Below are positions 13,040 to 26,445 of a stretch of 64,000 nt of DNA, piece after piece. The notes under the pieces are model-generated. The model ran no database searches. It was not told the origin of the DNA and worked only from the letters and a program-made list of their open reading frames with translations. How positions within the stretch are numbered: the stretch's first letter is position 1; each line of letters opens with the position of its first letter. The stretch comes from Octopus sinensis (lineage: Eukaryota), in assembly GCF_006345805.1 (NCBI RefSeq), contig NC_043004.1, positions 47,864,001-47,928,000 of the forward strand. The letters are read 5' to 3'. A program made the position numbers and the translations under genes.

Positions 13040-13385
13040 TATTATTATTAAGTTTCAGCTAAGAGCTGCGCCCATGCTGATGCACCGCCGTTTTGCGCTA
13101 CACTGTTATTACTGGAAGCTTCCTCTGATATGTGGCACTTGATGAAGAATGGAGTTTGATATAGCTACCCTCATTTGCACCTCTTGCCGTGAGGTAGGCT
13201 CATCTGGGACTCTCGACAGGAAGAGGTCCAGCTTTGATTTAAAAACCCCTACATTTACTTTGTGCAAGTTCCTCAGACTCTTTGGGAGAGTATTAAAAAG
13301 CTGTGGGCCCTTGAAACCCAGGCTGTTGCAGTAACTGGTCCTGAAGCGTGATGGCATTGCTGGGATCTTTGGCACCATGCAGTGT
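13040..13385 (-). mobile_element. CR1/L2-group LINE 3' end
   Basis: GRHCMVPKIPAMPSRFRTSYCNSLGFKGPQLFNTLPKSLRNLHKVNVGVFKSKLDLFL; short 3' UTR and (TAA)n tail; same family as 19772-20292. Confidence 0.85.
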
Positions 13386-14046
13386 CGTCCCGTATGTATA
13401 TATACATATATACATACATACACACAATGACATGCACATACACTTTCGTATGTGTATGCATGTATGTGTGTATGTGTGTGTGTGCGTGCGAGTGTGTGTG
13501 TGTTTACATTACAAGTTTACGTCCAGTTGAATTTATAGTAATATACCATGAACTTATAATTTCTTGGATACACTTAAAAGATGAAGTAACTGTTAGTTTC
13601 ACAACAACCAAATAGATTACGATGAGTAATCCAAATACACAACTCCAGAAATTTTGGTGAAGTTAGTAGCATCATACTTATAAAGCTGACGCCGTGAAGA
13701 GAAGTAAATATTATCTCACTAACATTAATTTACTCTGATCTTGGCAAATACCATTGAAAACTCTCATCAACTATTGCCTCTACTTGCCAAAATCAGATTA
13801 AATTAATATTAGTCATTGAGTTAATGTTTCTAATGTTTTCTTACCTTCAGTGAATAATTAATATTAATTAATAAGATTTTCCCTACTCTAAGCATAGACG
13901 TATTTTTATATGTGAATTGTTTCACTGGTAACTTTACCTTAGTTGTCATGATGATTTACACGCCAACTTGTGAACCATATTTACGTTTGTAGAATAATTT
14001 TCCGAAGGCACAAGAGTGGGAAGTACAGAGCAGACTATGTCTTATT

Positions 14047-14225
14047 GCAGAGCTGGAAAGGGAGCGAAATGTGAGCAAAGATATCGCACGTCTTTACGCT
14101 CTGAGTTGAAATTCCGCCGAGGTTGGCTTTGCCTTTCATCCTTTCGAAATCAAGAAAATAAGTACTAGCTGAACACTGGGATCGACATATTCGACTAGTC
14201 TCCTCCCCAAACATTTCAGGCGCTA
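14047..14225 (+). mobile_element. tRNA-derived SINE family A
   Basis: GAGTTGAAATTCCGCCGAGGT...CTTTGCCTTTCATCCTTTCG body shared with about 10 other copies in the window. Confidence 0.8.
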
Positions 14226-16366
14226 TAATAGAAAGGATTATTATTATTGTTCATTTAACTATTTGTTTCTTATCGCTGCATAGGTATTATTCGCTAATCG
14301 TGTTTTCCTCACAACATTAGGAATAAAAGCAGTAAATTGATGGCAAAGCAGGGTAATACCTCTAAACCATTCCACAATTATGGACAGAGATCCAGCTCAT
14401 ATGTTCAAACATGAACCTTGAGTAAGGGTACATGCATATGAAAAATCAGTGATTCCTATTGACGTACTTATTTTGAGCCATTGAAGGTAGCTCTACATGG
14501 CTGTTCGATTTCCTGTATAAGAGACAAGTCTTCTTCAATACAGGCATTGAAATACTAATATATTAATTAATACAGTTTACTGTGCGTTACGTCTAAAGAA
14601 ATATCTTGATGGTGATAGATTGAATGAGTTCAATCGAAAGAACCTACTAAGTGGGGCTTCATCAAAAACAGAAACATTCTTTTACATTGATATGTATTTA
14701 TATGTAACGATAACTAAATGCATTTTGTTATATCCTATGTTATAAAATCAAATGTCTGTTGTAGACATGGATGTATGTGATAAAAAAATCGAACAGAATA
14801 AAATAGCGAGAAGTAAAAGGAAAGAGAAAGAAAGAGGGTGGAAGATGGAAAGTCATAGGGAAGAATGTCGCTGAAGAAGAAGTACGGAAAGACAGAAAAT
14901 ATCCAACTATTGACAGAGAAATGGAAGAATAAGACAGTATAGATACTGTTATTGACATAAAAGTAGTAAGATATGAAAATGCAGATGTTTCTGCCTTGAA
15001 GAGTAGACACAGAGAGATGCTGATTCATTTAGTGTGTGTAAGAGAGAGAGAGGGGGAGAATGAAATTGCCAAATGAATTTATTAAAGCAATTCAAATTAT
15101 TTTGCGAGCAATAATTGTTTATCTGAGTGATTAATGCAACTTTGATAAGCGACCACAGGCAGTCATTGAAGGCAAAATATTAGATTGTAATATAATTTTC
15201 TCTCTAGTTTTAATAATGCGTTTCAATAGCAGAATGCCTTGTGGATTTATATGCATTACCATCTAGATCACAACCCATACTGTTTTGGTACTCTAATTAT
15301 CAAATGTCGAGAAGTCAATTTTGCAACATTGAGTAAAATAACAATAGCCAGGGGAATGCCACAGTTAGTTTTAAAACAATAAGATTATTAGAAGTTTATA
15401 GAAGATCAAAGACATGATTTTCTCTAGAACTTTAATTCTTAAAATGGTGTATAATATTTACCCACATAGGACTACATGACCAGTCTTTGGAGAGAACGTA
15501 TTGGAAAACTGTGTTATTTGCTTTACATTTGTCATATCTTTTAATTTGAGATTTATCTGTCTTAGCATTACATCAAGATATAAACAGTTTTTTCTATGTA
15601 ACGAAATAAAAACAATCAATTTATTAAAAAAAAGAAGTATTTTGCTACGATACGGCTAAGTTGTTAAAGCTTTGACAAATCTTAATACGAAACACTAGAT
15701 CCATGTTTCTGCGTAGAAAATAAACTTGCATGTGGATTAGCTTCAATACACAGAGGTAGAGAATAAAGTACAGTATCTGCTCCACTAAGATGCCGCCGAA
15801 GTAGGCAAGGTAGGTAGTCGCTGTCTTGAATAGACTAGATCGATATCAACATTTTCCTTTTATGGCAAAATATGCACTTAATTCAATAAAATTATGAATG
15901 TTAGTCTGATAACTAACCATAAAATGCAATTTTTTTTCTAGATGAGTTATGCTTAATTACCCCTACTTTCCAATCTCAGTATTTAAGGTACACATAGTAT
16001 TGTTGTAGTACACATGCTGCGTACACTCCTACAACACCGTTTTCTTTACGTGCTATAAAGGCAGAAATAAATCTGTCTTCAACTCAGTCACGCGCCTGTG
16101 TTTCGCTTACTTTTTGTGTTTTACTACATAAAGGTCACTAACTGCTTACCCTGAGTAATTACTGATAACACATGCCTGATATGTGTACATACACACACAC
16201 ACATACACACATACACACACACATACATAGACACATACATACATTCATACATACATATATACATACATACTCTGTTGTTTATGTTGAAATTCGAATGAGG
16301 GAGCCTTGGATCTTGGTTAGAAACCGGTTCTTTCTCTTGAAATAAACTGAATAAGGACATACATAC

Positions 16367-16650
16367 GCTGAATTACTGAGAAATCTACAGTTACTATACT
16401 CAAGTTACAATTTCATATATATACCTGTAATTATTGGAGCACTGTGTTATGTAACACACTGACAAAATACCAATATTGGGAAATTAGGCTTCTCAAAACC
16501 AGAAAGAAGAAAGCTAATTCGAAGACTACAGATCCAAACCATTACTGGAACTGTAAAAGTCTGTACAACTTCCCAGAAGTTTATCATTTAAGTATATATG
16601 AGTATATCTAGATATGCAAGTATATGCATGAGAATACATACATAAGATAA
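16367..16650 (+). mobile_element. R4/Dong-like (RLE) LINE 3' end
   Basis: AELLRNLQLLYSSYNFIYIPVIIGAL...GKLGFSKPERRKLIRRLQIQTITGTVKVC; 3' UTR word TCTAGATATGCAAGTATATGCA shared with the copy at about 56260. Confidence 0.7.
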
Positions 16651-16663
16651 AGCATATAAATCA

Positions 16664-16718
<55 letters not shown>

Positions 16719-16740
16719 ATGATTTCAATTTTTTGTGGAA

Positions 16741-16932
16741 GGCCAGTAAGTTCGGGGTTGGGGTAAACCGATTACATTGATTCCAGTGCTCAACTGTTAT
16801 TCTTTTCATCGACCTCTCAAAGATGAAAGGCAAAGTCGACTCTAGCGAAATTTGAACTCCGAACGTGAAGATGGACGAAATAATGCTAAACATTTTTGCC
16901 TGGCGTCCTAACGATTTTGCCAGCTCACCGCC
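16741..16932 (-). mobile_element. SINE family A
   Basis: Reverse complement begins GGCGGTGAGCTGGCAAAATCGTTAG and contains GTCGACTTTGCCTTTCATC. Confidence 0.85.
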
Positions 16933-17575
16933 TTATAAATAATAGTAAAAAATACAGAAAACAGCAGTTTGTTTCATACACCAGTGGATGGAATGAAAGA
17001 GGAGTTCATGCATGGGTACACAGAGCTTTTCAGTTAGATGAGGTTATAAAAATCGTGCAACTTGTATGAAAATCGTGACAATCTCGTGGCTATGCCCCGG
17101 TGCCTCCTCTCTGGCCAGCAGTATAGCTAGCCTGACTCTCATAGTTCAGATATTTCCCAATTCGCTAATTTTCGATTGTCCTTTTTCAATGTGTGCATTA
17201 AATTACTATTTCGCAATGTTTATGACAATGTTTGCTACCAGCTAATATAACATCCAAACTTCCTTTAGTAAATAATCTACGGGGACTCCTATTCCCTGGT
17301 TAAGTAATATGTGTCCCAACAGTGTTGAATTCAGTTTGTCAGTTTGTAGCTAAATTTGTCCAAGTTATAGACGTTCTCAGTTAGAGAAGCAGAGTGCTTA
17401 AACACTGGATGGAAAATGAATGAATAAATGAATGAATAAACGAATGAATTACGTTGCTTCATAGAATTAACTGAAGCACTTTTACTATTGTGTGTAAATA
17501 CCTAATATTCATGTATACCTGTGCCTCACAGAGGATACCTTTAAATGATGCTACTGATATGTACAGATCATGCAT

Positions 17576-17616
<41 letters not shown>

Positions 17617-17619
17617 TAT

Positions 17620-17805
17620 ATTCATTGGTATTCCGGCGCTTACGACGACGAGGGTTCCAGTTGATCCAATCAACGGAACAGCCTGCTCGTGAAATTAATG
17701 TGCAAGTGGCTGAGCACTCCACAGACTCGTGTACCCATAACGTAGTTCTCAGGGATATTCAGCATGATACAGAGTGTGACAAAGCTGGCCCTTAAAATTA
17801 CAGTC
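17620..17805 (+). mobile_element. Interspersed retroposon 3'-end fragment (family uncertain)
   Basis: GC-balanced block immediately after (TA)n (GTTGATCCAATCAACGGAACAGCCTGCTCGTGAAATTAA...). Resemblance to an abundant octopus repeat is from recall only; single copy in this window. Confidence 0.45.
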
Positions 17806-18458
17806 ACAACAGAATCAGTAGAACAGTAGAATAGTAGTTGATCAGATAAGAGATTAAATATAATGTTATTGTAATAAAAAAAAACAAGTGTTGTTCGATG
17901 AAGCTACCAAGGGTTTCCTGCAAATAATAAATTATTTCGTCTCTTGCTTAAACATCGTCTGCTTTAAAAAGCAACAGACATACGGTCCTGTTATCAGCTT
18001 AAAAAATGGCGAAATAAATTATTGCTTCGGCCAGGAAACCTTGAGTAGCTGTATTTAACAAAAACTATGTTCTTTTTATTACACAGACACGCACGCGCAC
18101 GCACATACACGCATGTGCATGTATACATATATGTGTATGTATATATATATAATAACAAAATAATAGATAAAACATATGCATATAGGCATACATATATGTA
18201 CGTACCTACATCTATATGTATATAAACATGCATATATGGGTACAGGACACCAAAAAAACGTCGAACACAATGAGAAACGAAAACATAAACACAAAATCAA
18301 GGAAGTGGACATTTTTCTTAAACAACGAAAAATTAGAGTACAAGACATACAATACAAGGAACATTCCCCTTCTTCAGCCGCCTCTGTTTCATCTACTCCG
18401 CGTTTACACATACATACATACATACATACATACATACATACATACATACATACATACA

Positions 18459-18489
<31 letters not shown>

Positions 18490-19009
18490 GTATATGTGTA
18501 TATATCTACATATGACTGACTTACTTTCAGGTGTATTTTACAGCAGGCGCCTAAAAACCGCAACCGACCCACGGGCTATCAGCACACATACCCTGTGTAT
18601 GTGTGTTTATCTTGGTTTATAGACATCGATTTTCTTCTAATACCTATTTGAAATTATTCTGTGTCATGAAACTTCGGGATATGCCAGCAGATGATATCTA
18701 AACCATTTAGCATATAGTCATAGTCGGCGATATGGTTGCACCGGGCCTTGTTCGTTAAACGGCTCTGATAAGTCAAAACAATGCGGAAACCTCGGTGTCT
18801 GTAGCTCCGAGGATGGACCTCATGTGAGTTGTCTCTCTTGACTGTGGTTTTTTGTATCAGACGCCTTTTGCACCAGGCGAATAGGGAACATATTCTCTCA
18901 CGGCTAAAAACCACAGCCGACCCACGAAGTAACAACACACATACCCTGTGTATGTGTGTCCGATTTTGCATATATATATATATAAATAGATGAGTGTATT
19001 TTTACCTTG

Positions 19010-19265
19010 TTAACAATTAACACGGAAAAATAAATAAATAGTTACCAGGGCAGCAAAAATCTCACAAGTAAAGATGTTGTAACTCCTTGTTTATAAAGGT
19101 TGAAACTTTGTGTTTACGTTGAATATTTTGAATAATATGAATAAAAAATGGAGTTAACGCAGGTTTAAACAAGTATTTTTACTTTCGACACATGTTTCGA
19201 AAATTCCACTGATACTATTCAAAAGAATAAATGGTATAAACAATACAATCTTCTCTTCGGGAAAG
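19010..19265 (-). mobile_element. Penelope-like pLTR repeat with hammerhead motif at 19182-19265
   Basis: Minus strand: CUUUC-CCGAAGA-GAAGA...UUUUC-GAAAC-AUGU-GUC-GAAAG (U4C in core); downstream body homologous to 34374-34570. Confidence 0.65.
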
Positions 19266-19771
19266 TGAAAAGAACGAAACTCGTCAATACAACATTTTAG
19301 CAAAAAATGATGGATTTGTATAGCGATAGACATAACGCTATTAATATTGTTTAAAAAAACGTTATATGATATAACGTCATAAGTAGCTAACAGAAAGAGT
19401 AGGGATATTAATAGTGAATGTTAAATATAAAGGAAATTAAAGTTTAAATTATATATAATGATAGAGACTACTTATATGCACTATATATATATGTGTGTGT
19501 GTGTGTTGTGTGTGTGTGTGTGTGTGTGTGTGTCTGTGTGTGTACTATTATTTGTTAAAATTTTCCTGTCTCTGCCATGTTGAAGTACACTCCAAGATGG
19601 ATCTTCTTACATCTTATCGAGCCCATTTCTTTTCGATATTATTTTTATTTTTTGGGCGGTCACTTTTCACCAAAAGATTAGGTAAGCCAGGAGGAATAGA
19701 TACAGCAAGTATAATTGTGTGACATACCCAATCCTCACCACCGAACATACATATAGGTATCGACACAGACC

Positions 19772-20292
19772 CAGCATATAAGCTATTGGGAAAGACTCAA
19801 GAGATTAAGACTCTATTCCTTAGAGCGTAGGCGAGAAAGATATGCCATAATATACATCTGGAAGATCCTGGAAGGACTTGTCCCAAACTTTGTCATCGAG
19901 AGTTACACAAATACTAGGATTGGGCGCCACTGCATAGTGCCAAGGACTCCAAATTTGCCATCAAGATGTAGGGCAAGATACTGTGATAGCCTGGGCTTCA
20001 GAGGTCCACAGCTTTTCAATATCCTCCCGAAGGACCTGAGAGACCTGCATGGGGTGGATGCAGATGTCTTTAAAATAAAACTGGATCTCTTCCTGTCAGG
20101 TGAGCCAGATGAACCAACTTCACGGCAGGAGATACAGATGAGGGCAGCTGCATCGAACTCTCTCATGCACCAAATGGCAATTGCTAAAAAGCATTCGTGA
20201 AGTAAAATCATGTAGCAACAGCGAATGGCGATGCCCCAGCATGGCCACAGCTCGTGAGTTGAAACTAGATAAAATAAATAAATAAAAATAAA
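19772..20292 (+). mobile_element. CR1/L2-group LINE 3' end
   Basis: SYWERLKRLRLYSLERRRERYAIIYIWKILEGLVPNF...GRHCIVP...LGFRGPQLFNILP...FKIKLDLFL*, followed by 3' UTR and A-rich (TAAA)n tail. Confidence 0.9.
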
Positions 20293-20310
20293 TATATATA
20301 CATATACATA

Positions 20311-20491
20311 CCGTTGGCGGTTTTTTTCCCTCCGTCTTCCCTTCTTTGGATCTTTCCTTTTCTTATGTTTCTGATGAAGAGCTCCGCTCGAAACGTTAAA
20401 CCATCCATCTTTGCTGAGCGTCCAATAATATTATACTTGTTCCACGTCCTCGCGTTGTGTTTTCCCTTTGTGTTTTCATGTTTGGATTAAC

Positions 20492-20495
<4 letters not shown>
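20311..20495 (+). mobile_element. Penelope-like short repeat with minimal hammerhead at 20367-20401
   Basis: GUUU-CUGAUGA-A-GAGC-UCC-GCUC-GAAAC-GUU-AAAC; pyrimidine-rich body ending in (TA)n. Confidence 0.7.
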
Positions 20496-20523
<28 letters not shown>

Positions 20524-20859
20524 TATCTATGTATATATGTATGTATAGTATGTATGCATATATATGTTTGTGTGTGTTTTGCGTGTGTATTTGTAAGTAT
20601 ATGTGTAGGTAGGTACGTATGTAGGTGTAAGTGCTAAATGAAACCTAGTCTTGGTAATTGACACACTATGTACTACCTGTCGCACCTTTGGCTGTTCATG
20701 TACGTCCTCACGTGTGTGCATTCACAAAAGTCATGTGTGTATCTCCAAAATAAAAAAAAACACTGAATCACATTGTCACGTCCGCGTCGAAGTTCTGAGA
20801 GTTTTAATGATAACATACTTGCGCGTCGTGTGCGCTTGTAAATATACGTATATACTTTC

Positions 20860-20994
20860 ATATATGTACACATATATATATATATATGTGTGTGTGTGTG
20901 CGCGCGTATAAGTGCGCGTGCGTGTGATAGAGAGTGTATATATGTATACATATATATATTTGTATGTATATATATACATATATATACATGTGTA

Positions 20995-21037
<43 letters not shown>

Positions 21038-21930
21038 CTATATATATAGACATATATATATATATATATATATATATGAAGATGATGCATATATACCTAC
21101 ACGCATATATACATAAACATATATGCATAGTTGTGTTTAAAAAGTGTAGGGTGTGTATTAATATGCGAATATATACGTGTGTTTGAGTGTGTGTATGTGT
21201 GTGTGTTAGTGTGAGTGTGTGCGTATATGTATGCGCGTATGCGTACGTGTGTATGCACGTATGTATGTGCGTATCTGTGTATCTGCGTATGTATGTATGT
21301 ATTATGTATGTATGTATTTATGTATGTATGTATGTATGAATCTATCTATGTATGTATGTATGAATTTATGTATGTATGTATGTATGTATTTATGTATGTA
21401 TGTATTATGTATGTATGTATTTATGTATGTGTGTATGTATATATGTATGTATTATGTATGCATGTATGTATTTATGTATGTATGTATGTATTATGTATGT
21501 ATGTATGTATGTATGTATGTACGTATGTATTATGTATGTATGTATGTATGTATGTACGTATGTATGTATGTATGTATGTGTGTGTGTATGTATGTAAATA
21601 TGTATGTATGTATGTGTGTGTATGTATGTATGTATGTATGTATGTATGTATGTATCTGTGTATCCGTGTATGTATGAATGTATGTATGTATGTATGTATG
21701 TATGTGTCTGTGTGTGTATGTATGTATTATGTATGTATGTATGTATTATGTATGTATGTACGTATGTATGTGCGTATCTGTGTATGTGTGTATGTATGTA
21801 TGTATGTATGTATGTATGTATGTACGTATGTATGTGCGTATCTGTGTATGTGTGTATGTATGTATGTATTATGTATGTATGTATGCATGTACGTATGTAT
21901 GTATGTATGTACGTACGTATGTATATGACC
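20860..21930. repeat. (TA)n then long cryptic (TATG)n tract with higher-order units
   Basis: Seen directly; recurring unit GTATGTGCGTATCTGTGTAT. Confidence 0.92.
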
Positions 21931-22177
21931 ACGTAATGTCACACACTTTGAATTTTATAAATCAGTCACGAATTTACTGACCTCTTCTTCCGTTTGCTTC
22001 CCGGCATAAATGGAACGTTATTCTTTCGAAGAAACTTTTTATCTATTTTTAAAACAATGTCGTATTGACTTTTCTTTTCCTTAATCTATGGTTACTCTTT
22101 TATAGCTATATTTCTGTCTTTTCACCTTCCGAAATATATCCATTTGTCTGCTATGCACTGATTGTTTATTGTTATTT

Positions 22178-22212
<35 letters not shown>

Positions 22213-22349
22213 TTTTTTTACAATTCTTGGCTTTCTTCTGGTTTTCATCTTGTTACAAATATCTCCCGTATTTCTACACAGTTTTTTGTCATTATTACTT
22301 CAGTACTTGTTTCTTTTGTTTTAGGGCCACCGTATTTGATATTTCTTCT

Positions 22350-22601
22350 TCTTTCTTCCCCACCTCTCTCTCCATCTCTCTCTCTCTCTCTCTCTTTCTG
22401 CTTCTCATTCTCTCTCACTCTCACTCATTCTCTTTCTCTCTCTCCCTTTTCTCCCCCTCTCTTTCTCTGTTTCTCTTTCTCTCTCTCCCTTTTCTCTCCC
22501 CTCCTCTCTGTTTCTAATTCTCTTTCACTCTCACTCATCTTCTTTCTCTCACTCTCACTCATCTTCTTTCTCTCTCTCCCTTTTCTCCCTTCTCTCTCCC
22601 T

Positions 22602-22638
<37 letters not shown>
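22350..22638. repeat. Degenerate (CT)n polypyrimidine tract
   Basis: Seen directly. Confidence 0.9.
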
Positions 22639-22639
<1 letters not shown>

Positions 22640-23740
22640 ATGTCTTCTGTGGGAAGGTTCTAAATTGAATATCACACTTTATTATCATTTGCATAAATAC
22701 TCGTAATACATCAGTGACATTTTGCCATAAATTTTAGTGATTTCACATTCGATTTGTGGTTGAAGCTACTGTGACATTTGTAGGATTCAAAAAAGATTCG
22801 CATCCTTGTAATCCTAGCACACCTGAGACTGTCCCTCGTCCTCTTATATAAATGCCTTGCTTTATAATGATCTAGATTCAAAAACCTTTCTTCAAAATTT
22901 CATGTTAATTTACCTTTCAAATACCAGCCTGATATGACAATTATTTTACTAAATTGTTCCGGGTTATGATAAAGTAAAACAAAGGTAGTGCATTTGAGAA
23001 TAAATATGGTAACGAGGGTGTTAATACTTAGAGTACAGCCAGACTATGCTCACGAGTGACTGTCTTGATAACGTGTGCTATGCGTTTGCAATGTAGCCGT
23101 AAGCAGACAGTGAAACACTCTCATGTATGTATGTATGCATGTAAGGAGGGCCTTACTCAAAGTCGCAAGTCCGCCTACTCCAGTATTTGAACCCAAGACC
23201 TTATCATCATGAGCCGAGCACCCCAACTACTACGTCACACGTCTTCATTTTCTTTCAGACTGTCTCCAAGTACCCTCCATTCACTAATCTGAAGATTCAG
23301 GATTTTACCTCGGTAAGATACCACAGCTGTTTCCAGTTGCCTTTTGACGGTTTTTTTTTCAGAGTTTATGCCATTAGTTTCCTGCCTCTTCGCAGGGCAG
23401 GGCCTATTTAATCTAGATGCAGCCAGGGCCTATTTAAACCTTATGCATGGTAATGTTTCACATAACATCAAAGCATATCCACCGGTGACGCATACCTATA
23501 GAACAGCCCTCATCCGAGCCCCACATAAATATATTCTGTTATTTCACCCATAACTAGGGATCCTTGTCAAGTACTGCTGGCCTGGGCTAGAGCGAGCATG
23601 GGAGCAATCACGTTAAAAGTAACTCCATCTTCCCCTCAAAACTCCTAAGATCCTTAACAGACGTCTACCATTCGGATGAAGCTTAATATCTGCCCGGGAT
23701 ATATGTGTGGACACACTATCAACATTACATTTTAATGTCA

Positions 23741-23938
23741 GGCAGCGAGCTGGCAGAATCGTCGGCACACCGGGCAAAATGATTAACGGCTTCTCGTCCT
23801 CCTTTACGTTCAAATTCTAAATTCCCTGGGGTCGGCTTTACCTTTTATCTTTTCTGAGTCAATGAAAAGAGTAGCAGTTGATGTATTCGGCTTAACAACT
23901 CTTCCGAACTTGCTGGCCTTGTGCCAAAATTTGAAACG
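23741..23938 (+). mobile_element. SINE family A (diverged)
   Basis: GGCAGCGAGCTGGCAGAATCGT head; 3' end CTTGCTGGCCTTGTGCCAAAATTTGAAAC. Confidence 0.75.
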
Positions 23939-24861
23939 AATAGTAATTTCTAATATAAAGATAGAACCTTTGTTTCTACATAAAAAAAAATTATGCATGG
24001 CCTCATTCATATATGCGTCATGGTTTTGTTTAAGGTAGAAGCCCGACTCACATATTCAGTCTAGTATATTCCAATTGTTAAAGGCTTTTAGCTCAAGCAA
24101 TGACAGTAACGATGTACCGCCAACCGATTATCGCTACCCTTTGCCCTCGGTTGCCTCTGGTGGAGTCCACTATGTTACAAACAATGAGGTTAAGACTCCG
24201 GTTGAGGACAATCTTTTCTCATCTGCTCCGGTGGCACCAAAAAAGGATCATAAGTACTATCCTTTAACTAAGCAATTAAGTTTAAGAGTTCCTACATCGT
24301 CACGCCGCTTGACTTACAAGAAATAGAAAGGAAATTTCTTTTAGATCACACGCTGTCTTCTTCATAGAAAAAAAGACATATTTAATGCAATATACGTAAC
24401 TGTTATAGCTATGTTACCGTTTCATAGATATTTTTCAATGAATGTTAATCTGGATTATACAACAAGATAAAAATAATTGTTCGTGACACAAGATGTTGTT
24501 GCTCTCTTACGCCAGTATTTACGACGTTTGCGTTTTCCCCAGTAAAAGAATTAAAGACTCAAAATAGATTAACTAGCTGCAACAGTGAATCGAAACCAGT
24601 TCGAATTTTCTATTCAGCTGGAAATTTCTTGTACATTGTACAGCAATGTCCACATCAAAAGCAAATACAACATTAGCATTAACAAAAACAACAATAACAT
24701 ACACACCATTACAAATACATCTGAGCATTAATTGCGAAAGTGAAGAGACTTCTATCGGATATTCAACTAAATCACTGCTTACATCGTACATTTATTTTAC
24801 TTCATTGCTTTAGAAATTTCTTAATTTCCTTCATGTGTCTGCTACTTTAAAGGACATGAAC

Positions 24862-24869
<8 letters not shown>

Positions 24870-24907
<38 letters not shown>

Positions 24908-25020
24908 ATTGTTCTTGTTGTTGTTGTTGTGGTGGTGGTGGTGTTGGTGTTGGTGGCGGCGACGGCGGCGACGGCGGCGACGGCGGCGACGGCGGCGACG
25001 GCGGCGACGGCGGCGGTGGC
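24870..25020. repeat. Compound trinucleotide repeat (AGT)n-(TTG)n-(GGT)n followed by (GGCGGCGAC)n
   Basis: Seen directly. Confidence 0.95.
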
Positions 25021-26245
25021 GTTATCTCTTTATCTCTGTTCGTTTGATAATTCATCGTTCGCAAGTCTCTTGAAACTCCCTCCAAAACATCTGTCGGGAC
25101 GATGATGTCATTAAAAGTCGTACAGAACAAAGATGTAAGTGCTTACGTTATAAGTTTCTTTAGAAGTTAAGAACATGTGATTTCCGAACAAGCGTTGATT
25201 ACGATGTGAACGTTCTTTCTCTAATGTTTTAGATATCTTAGGATATTTGAAATTTCAGCTTTTCAAAATCTATTAGGCGATTCTTTCATATTGTTAGGAC
25301 AACTTTCTGATGATATCTAGATGTTAATGTGAGATAGCTCTTTTCATAGATCTCTCTTTAAAGAAGTCGCCAATTTATTTTATTAATATTTTTAGATTAT
25401 GTTCAAGATAGTAATATCATCATATTGGTTGAACTGGTGAATAGTACATATAAGGCAATGGATGATCTACATGAAAGTGGACTTACGCTTTAATATAGAA
25501 ACCACGTGTAATAACCAGCATTTGGTGCGTACTGTAAAACCTTCATTGTTGGCAATGGGTGGCTCTTTTTTCGTCGTTGGTCGACGGAATTGCAAAGACA
25601 ATAGCTTAACCAACTCTGCTGTGCATGGCTCCTTTCCAGAAGTAAATACCTGGCTCCAGGTGCACTTACCATCATTCCACTCATGTATGCGCCATGTAGG
25701 AAGGACAAATGAACACGTTCGCAGTATCCTATAGCTGGGATCATGACACGTGCTACAACTCCGGGTCAGACCTAAGAACAGTAGTCGCTAAATGATACTG
25801 CCACCCGCTTCGAAATCCTGGAACTCCTGAACCTGGGTCAACTAATAGATGCAGTTTAGAGTCATTCTCAGGACTGTTGCAGGCAGTAACCAAAGAGTAT
25901 GCATGACTTATGAGAATGTTACAATTACAACTTCCTTTATAAAAGTGTTAGGAAGAGCTTTACAATATGAAATATCGCAATCTAGAAATTTACTAGAATC
26001 TTGTCAGAGAAGCGCTAAACTAATGTTATGTGAATATATTTTGTGCAACTATAAGAGTTTATGAAAGCCAACCTTTCATGTCTTATAAACTTCATATGTG
26101 ATGTAGCTATGAAGAAGTACATTATGCAATGTGTTAGTTCGTTCTTTTATTTCTTTAGTCTGGTACATTGTGATTTACGAGATATGTCATTGCAGGCCTT
26201 TCAACCACGGAGTTTCTTCGTTTTATCGATTTTAGGAGAATATTG

Positions 26246-26445
26246 GTTTCAAATTTTGGCATAAGGCTAGCAATTTCGGGAGAAGGGCTAAGTCGATTAC
26301 ATCGATCCCAGTATTCAAACGGTACTCATTTTATTGACCCCGTAAGAATGAAAAGAAAAGTCGACCTCGGCGGAATTTGAATTCAGAATATAAAGCCGGA
26401 CGACATGCTGCTAAGCATTTTGCCCGGCATGCTAACGATTCAACC
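26246..26445 (-). mobile_element. SINE family A
   Basis: Reverse complement of the family A head and body (AAAGTCGACCTCGGCGGAATTTGAA on plus). Confidence 0.85.

Noticed and set aside
18240-18400. Minus-strand GCGG-CUGAAGA as another hammerhead
   Set aside because: No stem II, GAAA or NUH follows in the required order.
24831-25130. 99-aa Pro/Gln/Leu-rich ORF
   Set aside because: Open only because of trinucleotide repeats; the flanks show no coding signal.
25677-25744. Flavin amine oxidase C-terminal motif (LHGAYMSG)
   Set aside because: The upstream FAGE motif is missing, no splice phase restores the Glu, and no other oxidase exons were seen.
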